Shown piece by piece: positions 19,530-28,222 of a stretch of DNA of 64,000 nucleotides (position 1 is the first letter of the stretch; each line of letters opens with the position of its first letter). Source of the stretch: Clostridia bacterium (lineage in GTDB: Bacteria > Bacillota > Clostridia > Oscillospirales > Acutalibacteraceae). Under the pieces are notes generated by a model. That model was not told where the DNA came from. It did no database searches and saw only the letters and a program-made list of their open reading frames with translations. The position numbers and the translations under genes are program-made. Where the stretch lies: positions 14,614 to 78,613 of the forward strand of contig JAFSIV010000001.1 of the NCBI GenBank assembly GCA_017439585.1, in the 5' to 3' direction.

Positions 19530-20501
19530 TTGGTAATATTAATTTTATTAAATTTAAAGGGTGATTATTTGACACTGATTTTAATTATTTTAGCTTTAAT
19601 GCTTTTTGTATTTTTCGGGCTTACAGTTTATTTTTTCTTTATAACCTTTGTTAAAATGCGAATTCCTGATTTAGAAGATGTATATAATAAGGATAACGAA
19701 GTTTTTAAAGAGTATGTTGAAACCTTTAAAACAGGCGTTGATTTCATAAATAACAGTCCGTATACTTGGATTTATACTCTAAGCTTTGACGGATTAAAAT
19801 TAGCCGCAAGGTATTACGATATAAAATCAGATAAAACGATTATTTTGTTTCATGGATACCGTTCTTTACCTGCAAGAGATTTCTCTTATGCAGTTAAAAT
19901 GTATTCAGAGCTGGGATACAATGTTTTGCTCTGCGAACAGAGAGCACACGGCAGAAGCGAGGGTAAACTTATTTCTTTCGGTATCAGAGAAAGCAGGGAT
20001 GTTTCTTCTTGGGTTACTTATATAAGCGAAAAGTATAAATGCAGAAAAATTGCATTATGCGGTATTTCGATGGGAGCAACAACCGTTTTGTTATCCCTCA
20101 AAAATAAAATGCAAAATGAAGTTAAATGCGTTATTGCCGACTGCGGTTTCACTTCACCTGAGGAAATTATAAGAATTGTTGGTAAAAAAGCGTTTAATTT
20201 AAACGCAAAAATCTTTTTGCCTTTCTTAAATTTTTATTGCAAAATTCTCGGTAAATTTTCAATAAAAGGTGTCTCAACGGTCGATATTATCAAAAAAACC
20301 AAAATGCCTGTTTTATTAATACACGGTGAAGCCGATTCGTTTGTGCCTTGTGATATGAGTAAAGAGGTTTATAATGCTGCCAAAAACGGAAATGTTAGGC
20401 TTATAACCGTTAAAAATGCTAATCACGGAATGTCCGGTTTGGTTGACAGAAAAAATGTATATTGTGGTATTAAAAAGTTTTTAAGAGAAAATGTTGTATA
20501 A
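19530..20501 (+). CDS. membrane-anchored alpha/beta hydrolase
   Basis: N-terminal TM, HGYRS oxyanion region, nucleophile elbow GISMGA and late HGEADSFV. True start may be the TTG at 19569, which follows AAAGGGTG. Confidence 0.75.
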   Translation: MVILILLNLKGDYLTLILIILALMLFVFFGLTVYFFFITFVKMRIPDLEDVYNKDNEVFKEYVETFKTGVDFINNSPYTWIYTLSFDGLKLAARYYDIKSDKTIILFHGYRSLPARDFSYAVKMYSELGYNVLLCEQRAHGRSEGKLISFGIRESRDVSSWVTYISEKYKCRKIALCGISMGATTVLLSLKNKMQNEVKCVIADCGFTSPEEIIRIVGKKAFNLNAKIFLPFLNFYCKILGKFSIKGVSTVDIIKKTKMPVLLIHGEADSFVPCDMSKEVYNAAKNGNVRLITVKNANHGMSGLVDRKNVYCGIKKFLRENVV

Positions 20502-20596
20502 TTTTATGTTTTTTAAGCTTTTTAAGGTTGACATTTTATGGTTTTAATTATAAAATAATATTGAATAGAATAATTTTAGAAAGGAATGTAACGGCT

Positions 20597-21340
20597 ATGC
20601 GTAATTTAAAATTTAAACTCGTTAGTTTTGCTTTGATTATAGGTTTATGTCTATCGTTTGCCGCTTGCAATCCGGTGGATGATGATTACGGTGTTAAAAG
20701 CGAGGTTTCTACCGAGCTTGAAAACTCTTTAAATGCCGCCGAGCATGACGATACTCCAATTATGTCTTCTGATAGAGTAATGTCTAAATATTTTGATATA
20801 AGTCTTTTTGATGAGGAAAATTATGCTGATATTTATTTAGGCAAAAAATTTAAATTAAACGGCGTTTTAAATGGCGAAAAACTTGAAGTGCCTACCAAGA
20901 TTGCCGATTTAAATAAAAAGGGCTGGAAATTAAACGAAGGAAATGCTTATGACGAAAAATCATTAGTTTTTTCCTATGAAACTATTGAGGCTTCTATTAT
21001 AAATGAAAAAGGAGTAGTTTTAACGGTTTGGTTTTATAATTCGTCCCGTTCTTCAAAAACTCTCAGCGAATGTAATATTGTTAAGTACTTGATAAAAAAT
21101 GATTTTTATCAAGATAATCAAAATTATAATGAATTTAATGTGAACGGTATAACAAATTCAATGGCAATAACCGATGTTATTGATACTCTTGGAACTCCTT
21201 CGCATTTCTATAAGGTTTCGGATAATTCATATTATCTCGATTATTTTGCAACAAAGAAGGACCGCCGAAACGGAATAACGGTTTATATTAATCCTTTGGA
21301 GGATTCAATAACCTCCATTGAGTTTTCTTATTATAAATAA
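20597..21340 (+). CDS. lipoprotein of unknown function
   Basis: ATG at 20597 gives MRNLKFKLVSFALIIGLCLSFAAC with a lipobox (LSFAAC). The ORF-track start at 20528 is upstream of the predicted promoter. Confidence 0.6.
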   Translation: MRNLKFKLVSFALIIGLCLSFAACNPVDDDYGVKSEVSTELENSLNAAEHDDTPIMSSDRVMSKYFDISLFDEENYADIYLGKKFKLNGVLNGEKLEVPTKIADLNKKGWKLNEGNAYDEKSLVFSYETIEASIINEKGVVLTVWFYNSSRSSKTLSECNIVKYLIKNDFYQDNQNYNEFNVNGITNSMAITDVIDTLGTPSHFYKVSDNSYYLDYFATKKDRRNGITVYINPLEDSITSIEFSYYK

Positions 21341-21348
21341 TTTTTTTT

Positions 21349-21378
21349 GAAAGCGGAGAATAATCCGCTTTCTGTTTT
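21349..21378 (+). terminator. intrinsic terminator after the lipoprotein gene
   Basis: gaaagcgga-gaataa-tccgctttc followed by tgtttt. Confidence 0.7.
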
Positions 21379-21391
21379 GGAGTGATAATTT

Positions 21392-22582
21392 ATGAAAAAA
21401 CATTTGCAAACGGCTGATATTTTGCTTCCAAAGTCTGATTTCAAAGAGTGGTCGGTTATAGCTTGCGACCAATACACCTCTGAGCCAGAATATTGGGAAG
21501 AAGTTGCAAAAACAGTAGGGAATAAGGCTTCTGCTTATAATATAATTTTGCCCGAGGTGTTTTTAAGCGATGATAATAGCGAAAAAATTTCGGCTGTTAA
21601 TAATAAAATGCTCGAATACTTAAACTCTGATGTTTTTAACCTTTATGAAAACACAATGGTTTACATAGAACGCACCCAAAAGGACGGTAAAATAAGAAAA
21701 GGTGTATTAGGACTTATTGATTTGGAGGATTATAGCTATGTTAAAGGCGCTGATACTTTTATCAGAGCTACCGAGCAAACTGTTTTAGATAGAATTCCGC
21801 CTCGCGTTAATATCCGTAAGGACGCTTCTATTGAGCTTCCTCATATTATGCTTTTAATTGATGACCCAAAGCGAACAGTAATAGAGCCATTATCTGAAAA
21901 AACCAATGATTTTAACTGTTTATATGATTTTGAACTTATGCAAAATGCAGGTAGTATTAAAGGCTATGCTTTGGATGAAAATGCGGTTTCAAATGTTCAA
22001 AATGCTTTGTCTGATTTGGCGGATAATAGTGCTGACGGACTTTTATTTGCAGTTGGAGACGGTAATCATTCCTTAGCTTCTGCAAAGGAATGCTATGTTA
22101 AAGGCTTTGGTCCGAGATACGCTTTGGCAGAGGTTGTTAATATCCACGACGCTTCATTGGAATTTGAGCCGATTTACCGCGTTTTATTCGGTGTTAATCC
22201 CGAAAAGATTATTGCTGATTTTGTTGATGCCTTAGGCGGTATTTATGAGGGTGAAGATGCGCAAGAGTTTATTTGCACCTTTGGAGATAATAGAAAAACC
22301 ATTTCTGTTAAGCCAACTGGTAAACTCTGCGTTGCAACCTTGCAAACATTTTTGGATGATTACATAAAAAACACCGATATTAAAATCGATTATATTCACG
22401 GCGAAAATTCTGTTTTTGAATTATCTAAAAAGGAAAACACCTTAGGATTTTTGTTTAGCGGTATGGAAAAGAGCGAGCTTTTTGTTGCAGTATCGCAAGA
22501 CGGCTCTTTGCCTCGCAAAACGTTTTCTATGGGCTGTGCTGACGATAAACGCTTCTATTTAGAGGGTAGAAGAATTAAATAA
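21392..22582 (+). CDS. DUF1015 domain-containing protein
   Basis: 396 aa. The N-terminal pattern ILLPK..FKEWSVIACDQYTSEPEYW resembles my recollection of the DUF1015 family. Function unknown. Confidence 0.65.
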   Translation: MKKHLQTADILLPKSDFKEWSVIACDQYTSEPEYWEEVAKTVGNKASAYNIILPEVFLSDDNSEKISAVNNKMLEYLNSDVFNLYENTMVYIERTQKDGKIRKGVLGLIDLEDYSYVKGADTFIRATEQTVLDRIPPRVNIRKDASIELPHIMLLIDDPKRTVIEPLSEKTNDFNCLYDFELMQNAGSIKGYALDENAVSNVQNALSDLADNSADGLLFAVGDGNHSLASAKECYVKGFGPRYALAEVVNIHDASLEFEPIYRVLFGVNPEKIIADFVDALGGIYEGEDAQEFICTFGDNRKTISVKPTGKLCVATLQTFLDDYIKNTDIKIDYIHGENSVFELSKKENTLGFLFSGMEKSELFVAVSQDGSLPRKTFSMGCADDKRFYLEGRRIK

Positions 22583-22607
22583 TTTTATTTCAAGTGGTGA
22601 GTTGAAA

Positions 22608-23114
22608 ATGAAATATTTAATCGTTGTTGATATGCAGGTGGATTTTATAACCGGAAGTCTTGGTAGTAATCAAGCTAAGGCAATTGTTCAAAATGTTTTA
22701 AATAAAGTTAAATCATTTGATGGCAAGGTTATTTTCACCAGAGATACTCATTATGCCGATTATTTAAACACTCAAGAGGGAATAAAGCTTCCTGTTGAGC
22801 ATTGCATTAAAGATACTGCTGGATGGCAAATTTGTGATGAATTGAAAGAATACACCGAAACAGTTATTGATAAAGAAACTTTTGGAAGCATCAATTTGCC
22901 CGAAATTCTTAAAGGTTTTGGCGATGAAATTGAAGAAATTGAGCTTTGCGGACTATGCACTGATATTTGCGTTATATCAAATGCTATGATTTTAAAAGCA
23001 GCTTTTCCTGAAACAAAAATTATAGTTGATAGTAAATGTTCAGCGGGCGTTAGCAACGAAAGTCATAATACCGCCCTTGATGCAATGAAGGCAGTGCAAA
23101 TAGAGATAATTTAA
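22608..23114 (+). CDS. isochorismatase-family cysteine hydrolase (nicotinamidase-like)
   Basis: LIVVDMQVDF, TRDTH and catalytic Cys in CGLCTDICV. ATG at 22608 lies 6 nt after GGTGAG. Confidence 0.8.
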   Translation: MKYLIVVDMQVDFITGSLGSNQAKAIVQNVLNKVKSFDGKVIFTRDTHYADYLNTQEGIKLPVEHCIKDTAGWQICDELKEYTETVIDKETFGSINLPEILKGFGDEIEEIELCGLCTDICVISNAMILKAAFPETKIIVDSKCSAGVSNESHNTALDAMKAVQIEII

Positions 23115-23126
23115 AGTTGTTATATA

Positions 23127-23155
23127 ACACACCGCACAAAATGCGGTGTGTTTTT
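23127..23155 (+). terminator. intrinsic terminator
   Basis: acacaccgca-caaaa-tgcggtgtgt followed by tttt. Confidence 0.85.
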
Positions 23156-23199
23156 CATATTCAGGTGTAAATTTCCTACTATATTTTGTCGAATTTTGG

Positions 23200-23228
23200 T
23201 TGACATAACAGGGTAAAAAAGATATAAT
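23200..23228 (+). promoter_or_regulatory. consensus sigma-A promoter of the dockerin-hydrolase/cohesin gene pair
   Basis: TTGACA (23200-23205), 17-nt spacer, TATAAT (23223-23228). Confidence 0.6.
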
Positions 23229-23269
23229 GAATTTGTATGATTAATATAAATTTATTTAAGGAATGAAAT

Positions 23270-25051
23270 ATGAAATATTTTAATAAAATATTGTCGGTTT
23301 TAATTATTTCTATCTTAATATTTACAGGCAGTTTTGGAAGCGTTAGCTTTAATGCTAATGCCGAAACTATTGTAACCGCATTTATTGAGGGAACTAATGT
23401 TAATGTTAGAAGTGAGCCCTCAACCGCTTCAAATGTAACTATTTATGAAAAATTATCCAATACCAGTGTTACAGTTTTAGAACAGCGGTCGGACGGTTGG
23501 CTTAAAGTTACATACCATAACGGCACTAAACAGGTTACAGGTTATATCAAAAACGACCCTTCGTATATCAGAATTGTAACTTATAATACCGATGCTACCT
23601 TTGAACAGAAGCTAAAAGCTTTTCCTTCGAGTTATCATTCGGCTTTAAAAACCTTGCATGCTGCATATCCTAATTGGGAGTTTTTGCCCGACCCTGTGGC
23701 TTATTCTTTTACCGATGCAGTTAATCTTGAATCTCCTCCTTTTAAGCAGGTTGACAGCAAATATATTTCTTGGCGTACTATGGCTCCGGGTAGTTATGAT
23801 TGGAATTCAGGAAAGTGGATTTCAAATAACGGCAGTTGGTTTTATGCTTCAAGAGAGATTATTGCTTTTTATATGGATCCCAGAAATTTTTTAAATTCAA
23901 CCGAGATTTATCAATTTTTAGAACAAAGCTATAATCCTACCTTTCAAACAAAAGAAGGTTTAGCTAAAATTGTTTCGGGTACTTTCTTGGCAGGGAATTA
24001 TACCGAAAGCGGAAAAACTCATAACTATATTGATGTTATTATGTCTGCCGCTTTGGCTTCAAAAGTTAATCCTTATATTATCGCTTCTAAAATAATTCAA
24101 GAACAGGGAACTAAGGGCACTTCAAACCTTATTTCAGGAAATTACAGCGGATATGTTGGATATTATAATTTCTTTAATGTTAATGCAACCGGCAAAACTG
24201 ATGCTGATGTAATCAGAAACGGTCTTATTCACGCGAAAGCGCAAGGTTGGAATACAAGAGAAAAGTCTATTATAGGCGGCGCAAATTTCTTAGCAAAAAA
24301 CTACATTTCTAAAGGTCAGGATACCTATTATTATCAAGATTTTGATATAAAGGTTAATGACGGTTATATTCATCAATTTGCGCAGGCAGTTCACGATGCT
24401 CGAAACAAGGGCGCTAATATGGCGGATACTTATAAAAACGAAAAGAATTTATCATTAAGCTTTAAAATTCCCGTATTTACCGATATGCCAAGTTCTGCTT
24501 CTCCAAAACCTGTTCAAAATAGTAAACTTAATAATTATTATTTTGAAAGCATAAAGATAGATGGTTTAACCCCAACATTTAATAAATTCACTTATAATTA
24601 TAATCTGCAGGTTACTGGGAACTCAACCGTTTATGTTAAACCGGTTAGCGGTGCTACCTATGCAGGAGCTAGCAGTTATTCACTTAACAAAGGAAATAAT
24701 GTTATAAATTTAAAGGTTAAATCTGCAACAGGTTATATTATGGATTATACAGTTAATGTTAATGCAACCAAAGCTTGTACTTTAACTGTAAGCACCGGTA
24801 GCGCACCTGCAACTCCATCAACACCATCAACACCAAGCACACCGACTGTAACAATCAAAAAGGGTGATGCTAATGGCGACGGAGCGATAACTATAAGAGA
24901 TTTAGCCGATGTTAGACTTCATTTGCTGGGGCTTAAAAAGCTTTCGGGTGATAAGGCAAAAGCCGCGGATGTTAACGGCGATGGCGGTATTGCAATCCGT
25001 GATTTAGCTGATATCAGACTTCATCTTTTAGGACTGAAAACTATTAAATAA
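23270..25051 (+). CDS. secreted SH3b + GH73-like N-acetylglucosaminidase + cadherin-like beta-sandwich + dockerin protein
   Basis: Signal peptide. SH3b-like module (VNVRSEPSTASNV...GWLKVTY...GYI). Glucosaminidase-like core (YMDPRNFL...NPYIIASKIIQEQG...YYNFFNV...GGANFLAKNYI..GQDTYYYQ). PSTPSTPSTP linker. Two 25-aa dockerin Ca-binding segments (DANGDGAITIRDLADVRLHLLGLKK / DVNGDGGIAIRDLADIRLHLLGLKT). Confidence 0.8.
   Translation: MKYFNKILSVLIISILIFTGSFGSVSFNANAETIVTAFIEGTNVNVRSEPSTASNVTIYEKLSNTSVTVLEQRSDGWLKVTYHNGTKQVTGYIKNDPSYIRIVTYNTDATFEQKLKAFPSSYHSALKTLHAAYPNWEFLPDPVAYSFTDAVNLESPPFKQVDSKYISWRTMAPGSYDWNSGKWISNNGSWFYASREIIAFYMDPRNFLNSTEIYQFLEQSYNPTFQTKEGLAKIVSGTFLAGNYTESGKTHNYIDVIMSAALASKVNPYIIASKIIQEQGTKGTSNLISGNYSGYVGYYNFFNVNATGKTDADVIRNGLIHAKAQGWNTREKSIIGGANFLAKNYISKGQDTYYYQDFDIKVNDGYIHQFAQAVHDARNKGANMADTYKNEKNLSLSFKIPVFTDMPSSASPKPVQNSKLNNYYFESIKIDGLTPTFNKFTYNYNLQVTGNSTVYVKPVSGATYAGASSYSLNKGNNVINLKVKSATGYIMDYTVNVNATKACTLTVSTGSAPATPSTPSTPSTPTVTIKKGDANGDGAITIRDLADVRLHLLGLKKLSGDKAKAADVNGDGGIAIRDLADIRLHLLGLKTIK
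24866..25042 (+). repeat. internal duplication encoding the two dockerin F-hand segments
   Basis: Segments 24866-24940 and 24968-25042 encode near-identical 25-residue D-x-N-G-D-G-x-I-x-x-R-D-L-A-D units. Confidence 0.85.
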
Positions 25052-25063
25052 AGAGGTAAATTT

Positions 25064-26494
25064 ATGAAAAAAACAGGAAAAATATTACTTTCAGTATTAG
25101 TTATTTTTGTACTAATTGCTTCTATTTTTGCAATTAATGTTTCTGCCGCAGGTACTGTTATTTCATTAACAAAAAAGAGTTTAAAGGTTGGCGAAACTGT
25201 TACTGTAACTATTAGATTAAATGCCGGCGAAGCTATGTATGCTGTTAGTAGTATTATTAATTATGATGCTTCGGTCTTAGAGTATACTTCCGGCGATGCC
25301 ACTGGCGGTGCAGGTCAGTTAAAGATTGTTGAATCTCCCTCAGGACAGACTAGTGTTTCATATTCTCTTGGTTTTAAGGCTTTAAAATCTGGCAGCTCGG
25401 TAGTATCTGCTTCAAATGTTAGTTTTAGCGGTTTGAATGAAGATAAAGCTCTCACAGGTGCTTCGGTTTCTATCGCTGTTACTGATGCAACACAGTCGGC
25501 AAATGCTGATTTAAAATCATTATCTTTAAGCGACGGTGTTTTGTCTCCCGCTTTTTCTCCTAGTGTTACCACTTATAATGTTACGGTTAAAAACTCTGTA
25601 ACCTCATGCAAAATCTATGCAACAACGGCTGACAGTGCCGCTACTATGACAGTTCAGGGCTCTCAAAAGCTTCAAATAGGCAAAAACACCCGTTCGGTTA
25701 CTGTTACTGCTCCAAGCGGTGCTCAAAAAACTTATACTATTAATATTACTCGAAACGAAACCGATGATGAGATTATTGAAGAAAACCCCGCAGGCTCTTT
25801 AAATGTTACTATTGAAAACGCAACCTTTGTTTTAGTTGCCGATATTTCGGCTATTGAGTTATTTAAAGGATTTGAAATTGGTCAGGTTGAATATAATGGT
25901 CAACAGGTTCAGGTTTCTAAAAGTAAAAACGGTGAATTTTCGCTTTATTATTTAAAAGCTGCCGAGGGTGAAAAGATTGAGCCTTATACCTATAGTGAGG
26001 AATTAAAAACATTTGAAAAGATAAATTATTACAAGCAAGGAGAAATAACCTATATTTTCTCTGATATTCCAAGTGATTTATCTTTACCTAACAATTATTA
26101 TCCAACAAATGTTAGAATTGGTGGTATGGATATTAAGGGATATTCCGATAATAATTCTAATTTAACCGATTTCTATTATTTATATTGCTTCTCAGGTGAA
26201 GAATTTGAATTTTACAGATATGATAGCCGCGATAATATTCTGCAACGTTATCCCGAATTAACTGCCAACAATATAAAAGAGGTTGAACCACCCGCAAAAG
26301 AAACAGGCTTTTTAGCAAGATATAAAAGTCTTTCGGGCAATTCTAAGCTTATAGTTTTGGCAGCAGGTCTGCTTGTTTTATCGATACTTGCTTTATCAGT
26401 AATATTAATTATTCAGTTAATTCGCAGAAACAAGGTTAAAACTCCTGAAAACAATATTGATGATGAAGATTTTGATGTTATAACAATTGAATAG
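25064..26494 (+). CDS. membrane-anchored cohesin-like + cadherin-like beta-sandwich protein with an uncharacterised Tyr-rich module
   Basis: Signal peptide. Cohesin-like module (LKVGETVTVTIRLNAGEAMYAVSSIINYDASVLEYTSG). Cadherin-like beta-sandwich (ADLKSLSLSDGVLSPAFSPSVTTYNVTV...YTINITR). About 190 aa of unknown fold. C-terminal TM LIVLAAGLLVLSILALSVILIIQLI with an acidic tail. Confidence 0.7.
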   Translation: MKKTGKILLSVLVIFVLIASIFAINVSAAGTVISLTKKSLKVGETVTVTIRLNAGEAMYAVSSIINYDASVLEYTSGDATGGAGQLKIVESPSGQTSVSYSLGFKALKSGSSVVSASNVSFSGLNEDKALTGASVSIAVTDATQSANADLKSLSLSDGVLSPAFSPSVTTYNVTVKNSVTSCKIYATTADSAATMTVQGSQKLQIGKNTRSVTVTAPSGAQKTYTINITRNETDDEIIEENPAGSLNVTIENATFVLVADISAIELFKGFEIGQVEYNGQQVQVSKSKNGEFSLYYLKAAEGEKIEPYTYSEELKTFEKINYYKQGEITYIFSDIPSDLSLPNNYYPTNVRIGGMDIKGYSDNNSNLTDFYYLYCFSGEEFEFYRYDSRDNILQRYPELTANNIKEVEPPAKETGFLARYKSLSGNSKLIVLAAGLLVLSILALSVILIIQLIRRNKVKTPENNIDDEDFDVITIE

Positions 26495-26498
26495 TTCT

Positions 26499-26529
26499 AA
26501 AATAGCCTGATTTTTTCAGGCTATTTTTA
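26499..26529. terminator. bidirectional terminator between convergent genes
   Basis: aatagcctga-ttttt-tcaggctatt, flanked by an A-run and a T-run. Confidence 0.8.
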
Positions 26530-28071
26530 ATGTATTAAATTTAAAACATCATCCCTTTTAACGCTGCCCGAAACAAATAACAGAAATAAATAAACACTTA
26601 AAGACAATATTGATAAAATAACGGTATGTATAATCGGCGTTTTCAAATTTAAAAAAACTAATAAAAATTCACAAATATAAACCGAGAAAAATGCCGAGAT
26701 AAGAGGTATTATTATTTCATTTAAAATTATAAGCTTGCTGTTTGTTAATTTTAAAAGTCGATTAACATTTAAAAAACAAGTTAAAAAATTTGAAAAATAC
26801 ATTATGAGTATAAAACCGTTAAGACCGGTTTTTGATACCAAAAGTAAAATTAAAATTATTCTGATAACCGAATCAGAGATAGCTGTTCTGAAAGAAAACA
26901 GTTGTTGGTCTAAACCTTTTAAAATGCCGTCTGATATACTATCTAAATACATAAACGGAATAATAGGGGACAATGCCCTTAATAAAAAACCAACTTGATT
27001 GTCGTTATAAATTAAATTTCCAATTTCAACGCCGTTTGTAAAAAATATCGCAGTGAAAATAAAAGAGGTTATTAATGTTAACTTTAAAATATTCCTAGTT
27101 GTTGATTTAACGAGATAGTTTTGTTTTTTAATTATAGCTTGCGAAATTTCGGGTATCAACAAGGTTGAGACCGAGTTTAATAATGCCGATGGGAAAAAGA
27201 GAACAGGTAAAGCCATTCCTTTTATCATACCGAATTGCGATAAAGCGTTTTTACCCGAAAGGTGATATTTCGATAAATTTTTCGGTACTAAAATATTTTC
27301 CGCAGTTCTAAGCAGGGTATTTAGATATCTTCCTGAGGTTATAGGTGCCGAAATATTTAAAATTTTTCTAACAATCGGATAATCAGGTCTTGCTCTTCCG
27401 TTCAAATTTTCTAGTTTCTTGGTATCCCTTGTAAAACTGAAAAACAATAGAAATGCGCCAAAAATTTCCGAAATTGCATCTCCACCAATAACCGCGGCGC
27501 AACAAATTGCTAAACCTTTATCTGAAAACGTTCTAACTAAACAGACGATTATAACTATTCTTACAATTTGTTCAATAATTTGTGCAACCGAAGACGGTGT
27601 TACATTTCTTCTTGCAATAAAATAACCTCTGATACAAGAAGAAATCGCCATAAAAGGCAAGGATAAAGGAAGAATTTTTAATGCTATTTCTGCCCTTGCA
27701 TCACCCAGTAATTCGATGGCTATAAATTTTGCACCGAAAAAGACCAAAACTGCGGATAATAAAGCAATTATCATTGAAAGCTCAACAGAGCGCCTTAAAA
27801 TTTTTAAGCAGCCCTTTTTAGTTCCAACCGCCATTTCTTCGGCTATAAGTCTTGTGACTGCGGTGGAAATGCCGCTTGAAGCAAAGGTTGTTACAAGCAT
27901 ATACACCGAAAATATCAGTTGGTGAAGTCCAATACCCTCGCTGCCTATAAGCTTTGCTAACCAGATTTTAAAAATAATACCGATAAACCTTAAAATTACA
28001 GAAGTTACGGTCAAAATAGCGGCATTTTTAATAAATAATGTTTTTTTCAATTTCTCGCCCTCTAAAATCAA
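26527..28071 (-). CDS. spoVB: stage V sporulation protein B (MOP-superfamily flippase)
   Basis: 514 aa polytopic protein. The N-terminal KKTLFIKNAAILTV...AKLIGSEGIGLHQLIFSVY matches the SpoVB pattern. TTG start; an in-frame downstream TTG (LKKT) is also possible. Confidence 0.75.
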   Translation of the reverse strand: MILEGEKLKKTLFIKNAAILTVTSVILRFIGIIFKIWLAKLIGSEGIGLHQLIFSVYMLVTTFASSGISTAVTRLIAEEMAVGTKKGCLKILRRSVELSMIIALLSAVLVFFGAKFIAIELLGDARAEIALKILPLSLPFMAISSCIRGYFIARRNVTPSSVAQIIEQIVRIVIIVCLVRTFSDKGLAICCAAVIGGDAISEIFGAFLLFFSFTRDTKKLENLNGRARPDYPIVRKILNISAPITSGRYLNTLLRTAENILVPKNLSKYHLSGKNALSQFGMIKGMALPVLFFPSALLNSVSTLLIPEISQAIIKKQNYLVKSTTRNILKLTLITSFIFTAIFFTNGVEIGNLIYNDNQVGFLLRALSPIIPFMYLDSISDGILKGLDQQLFSFRTAISDSVIRIILILLLVSKTGLNGFILIMYFSNFLTCFLNVNRLLKLTNSKLIILNEIIIPLISAFFSVYICEFLLVFLNLKTPIIHTVILSILSLSVYLFLLFVSGSVKRDDVLNLIH

Positions 28072-28157
28072 ATCAATATAATAATATGATTTAGAAGTAA
28101 AATGAATACTTTTATTTTATTATTATCCTAAAAACCTCGTTTTTTGCTTAGATTTGG

Positions 28158-28186
28158 TTGACAAAAAGTTTTAAAAATTGTATAAT
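28158..28186 (+). promoter_or_regulatory. consensus sigma-A promoter of the aconitase-icd operon
   Basis: TTGACA (28158-28163), 17-nt spacer, TATAAT (28181-28186). Confidence 0.6.
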
Positions 28187-28222
28187 AAATTGTTTTGAAA
28201 TACCTTATGAAAGGAAAGTATT

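Noticed and set aside
24803-24847. Tandem 9-nt repeats (ccatcaaca x3-like) as a possible VNTR or phase-variation tract
   Set aside because: They encode a Pro/Ser/Thr interdomain linker (APATPSTPSTPSTPT) in frame. That is a normal feature of modular secreted proteins.
28072-28157. Possible sigma-E-type forespore/mother-cell promoter upstream of spoVB, and of yabP at 5685-5744
   Set aside because: Only weak partial resemblance (CATATTAT) to the sigma-E -10 consensus, and no convincing -35. It cannot be supported from the sequence alone.
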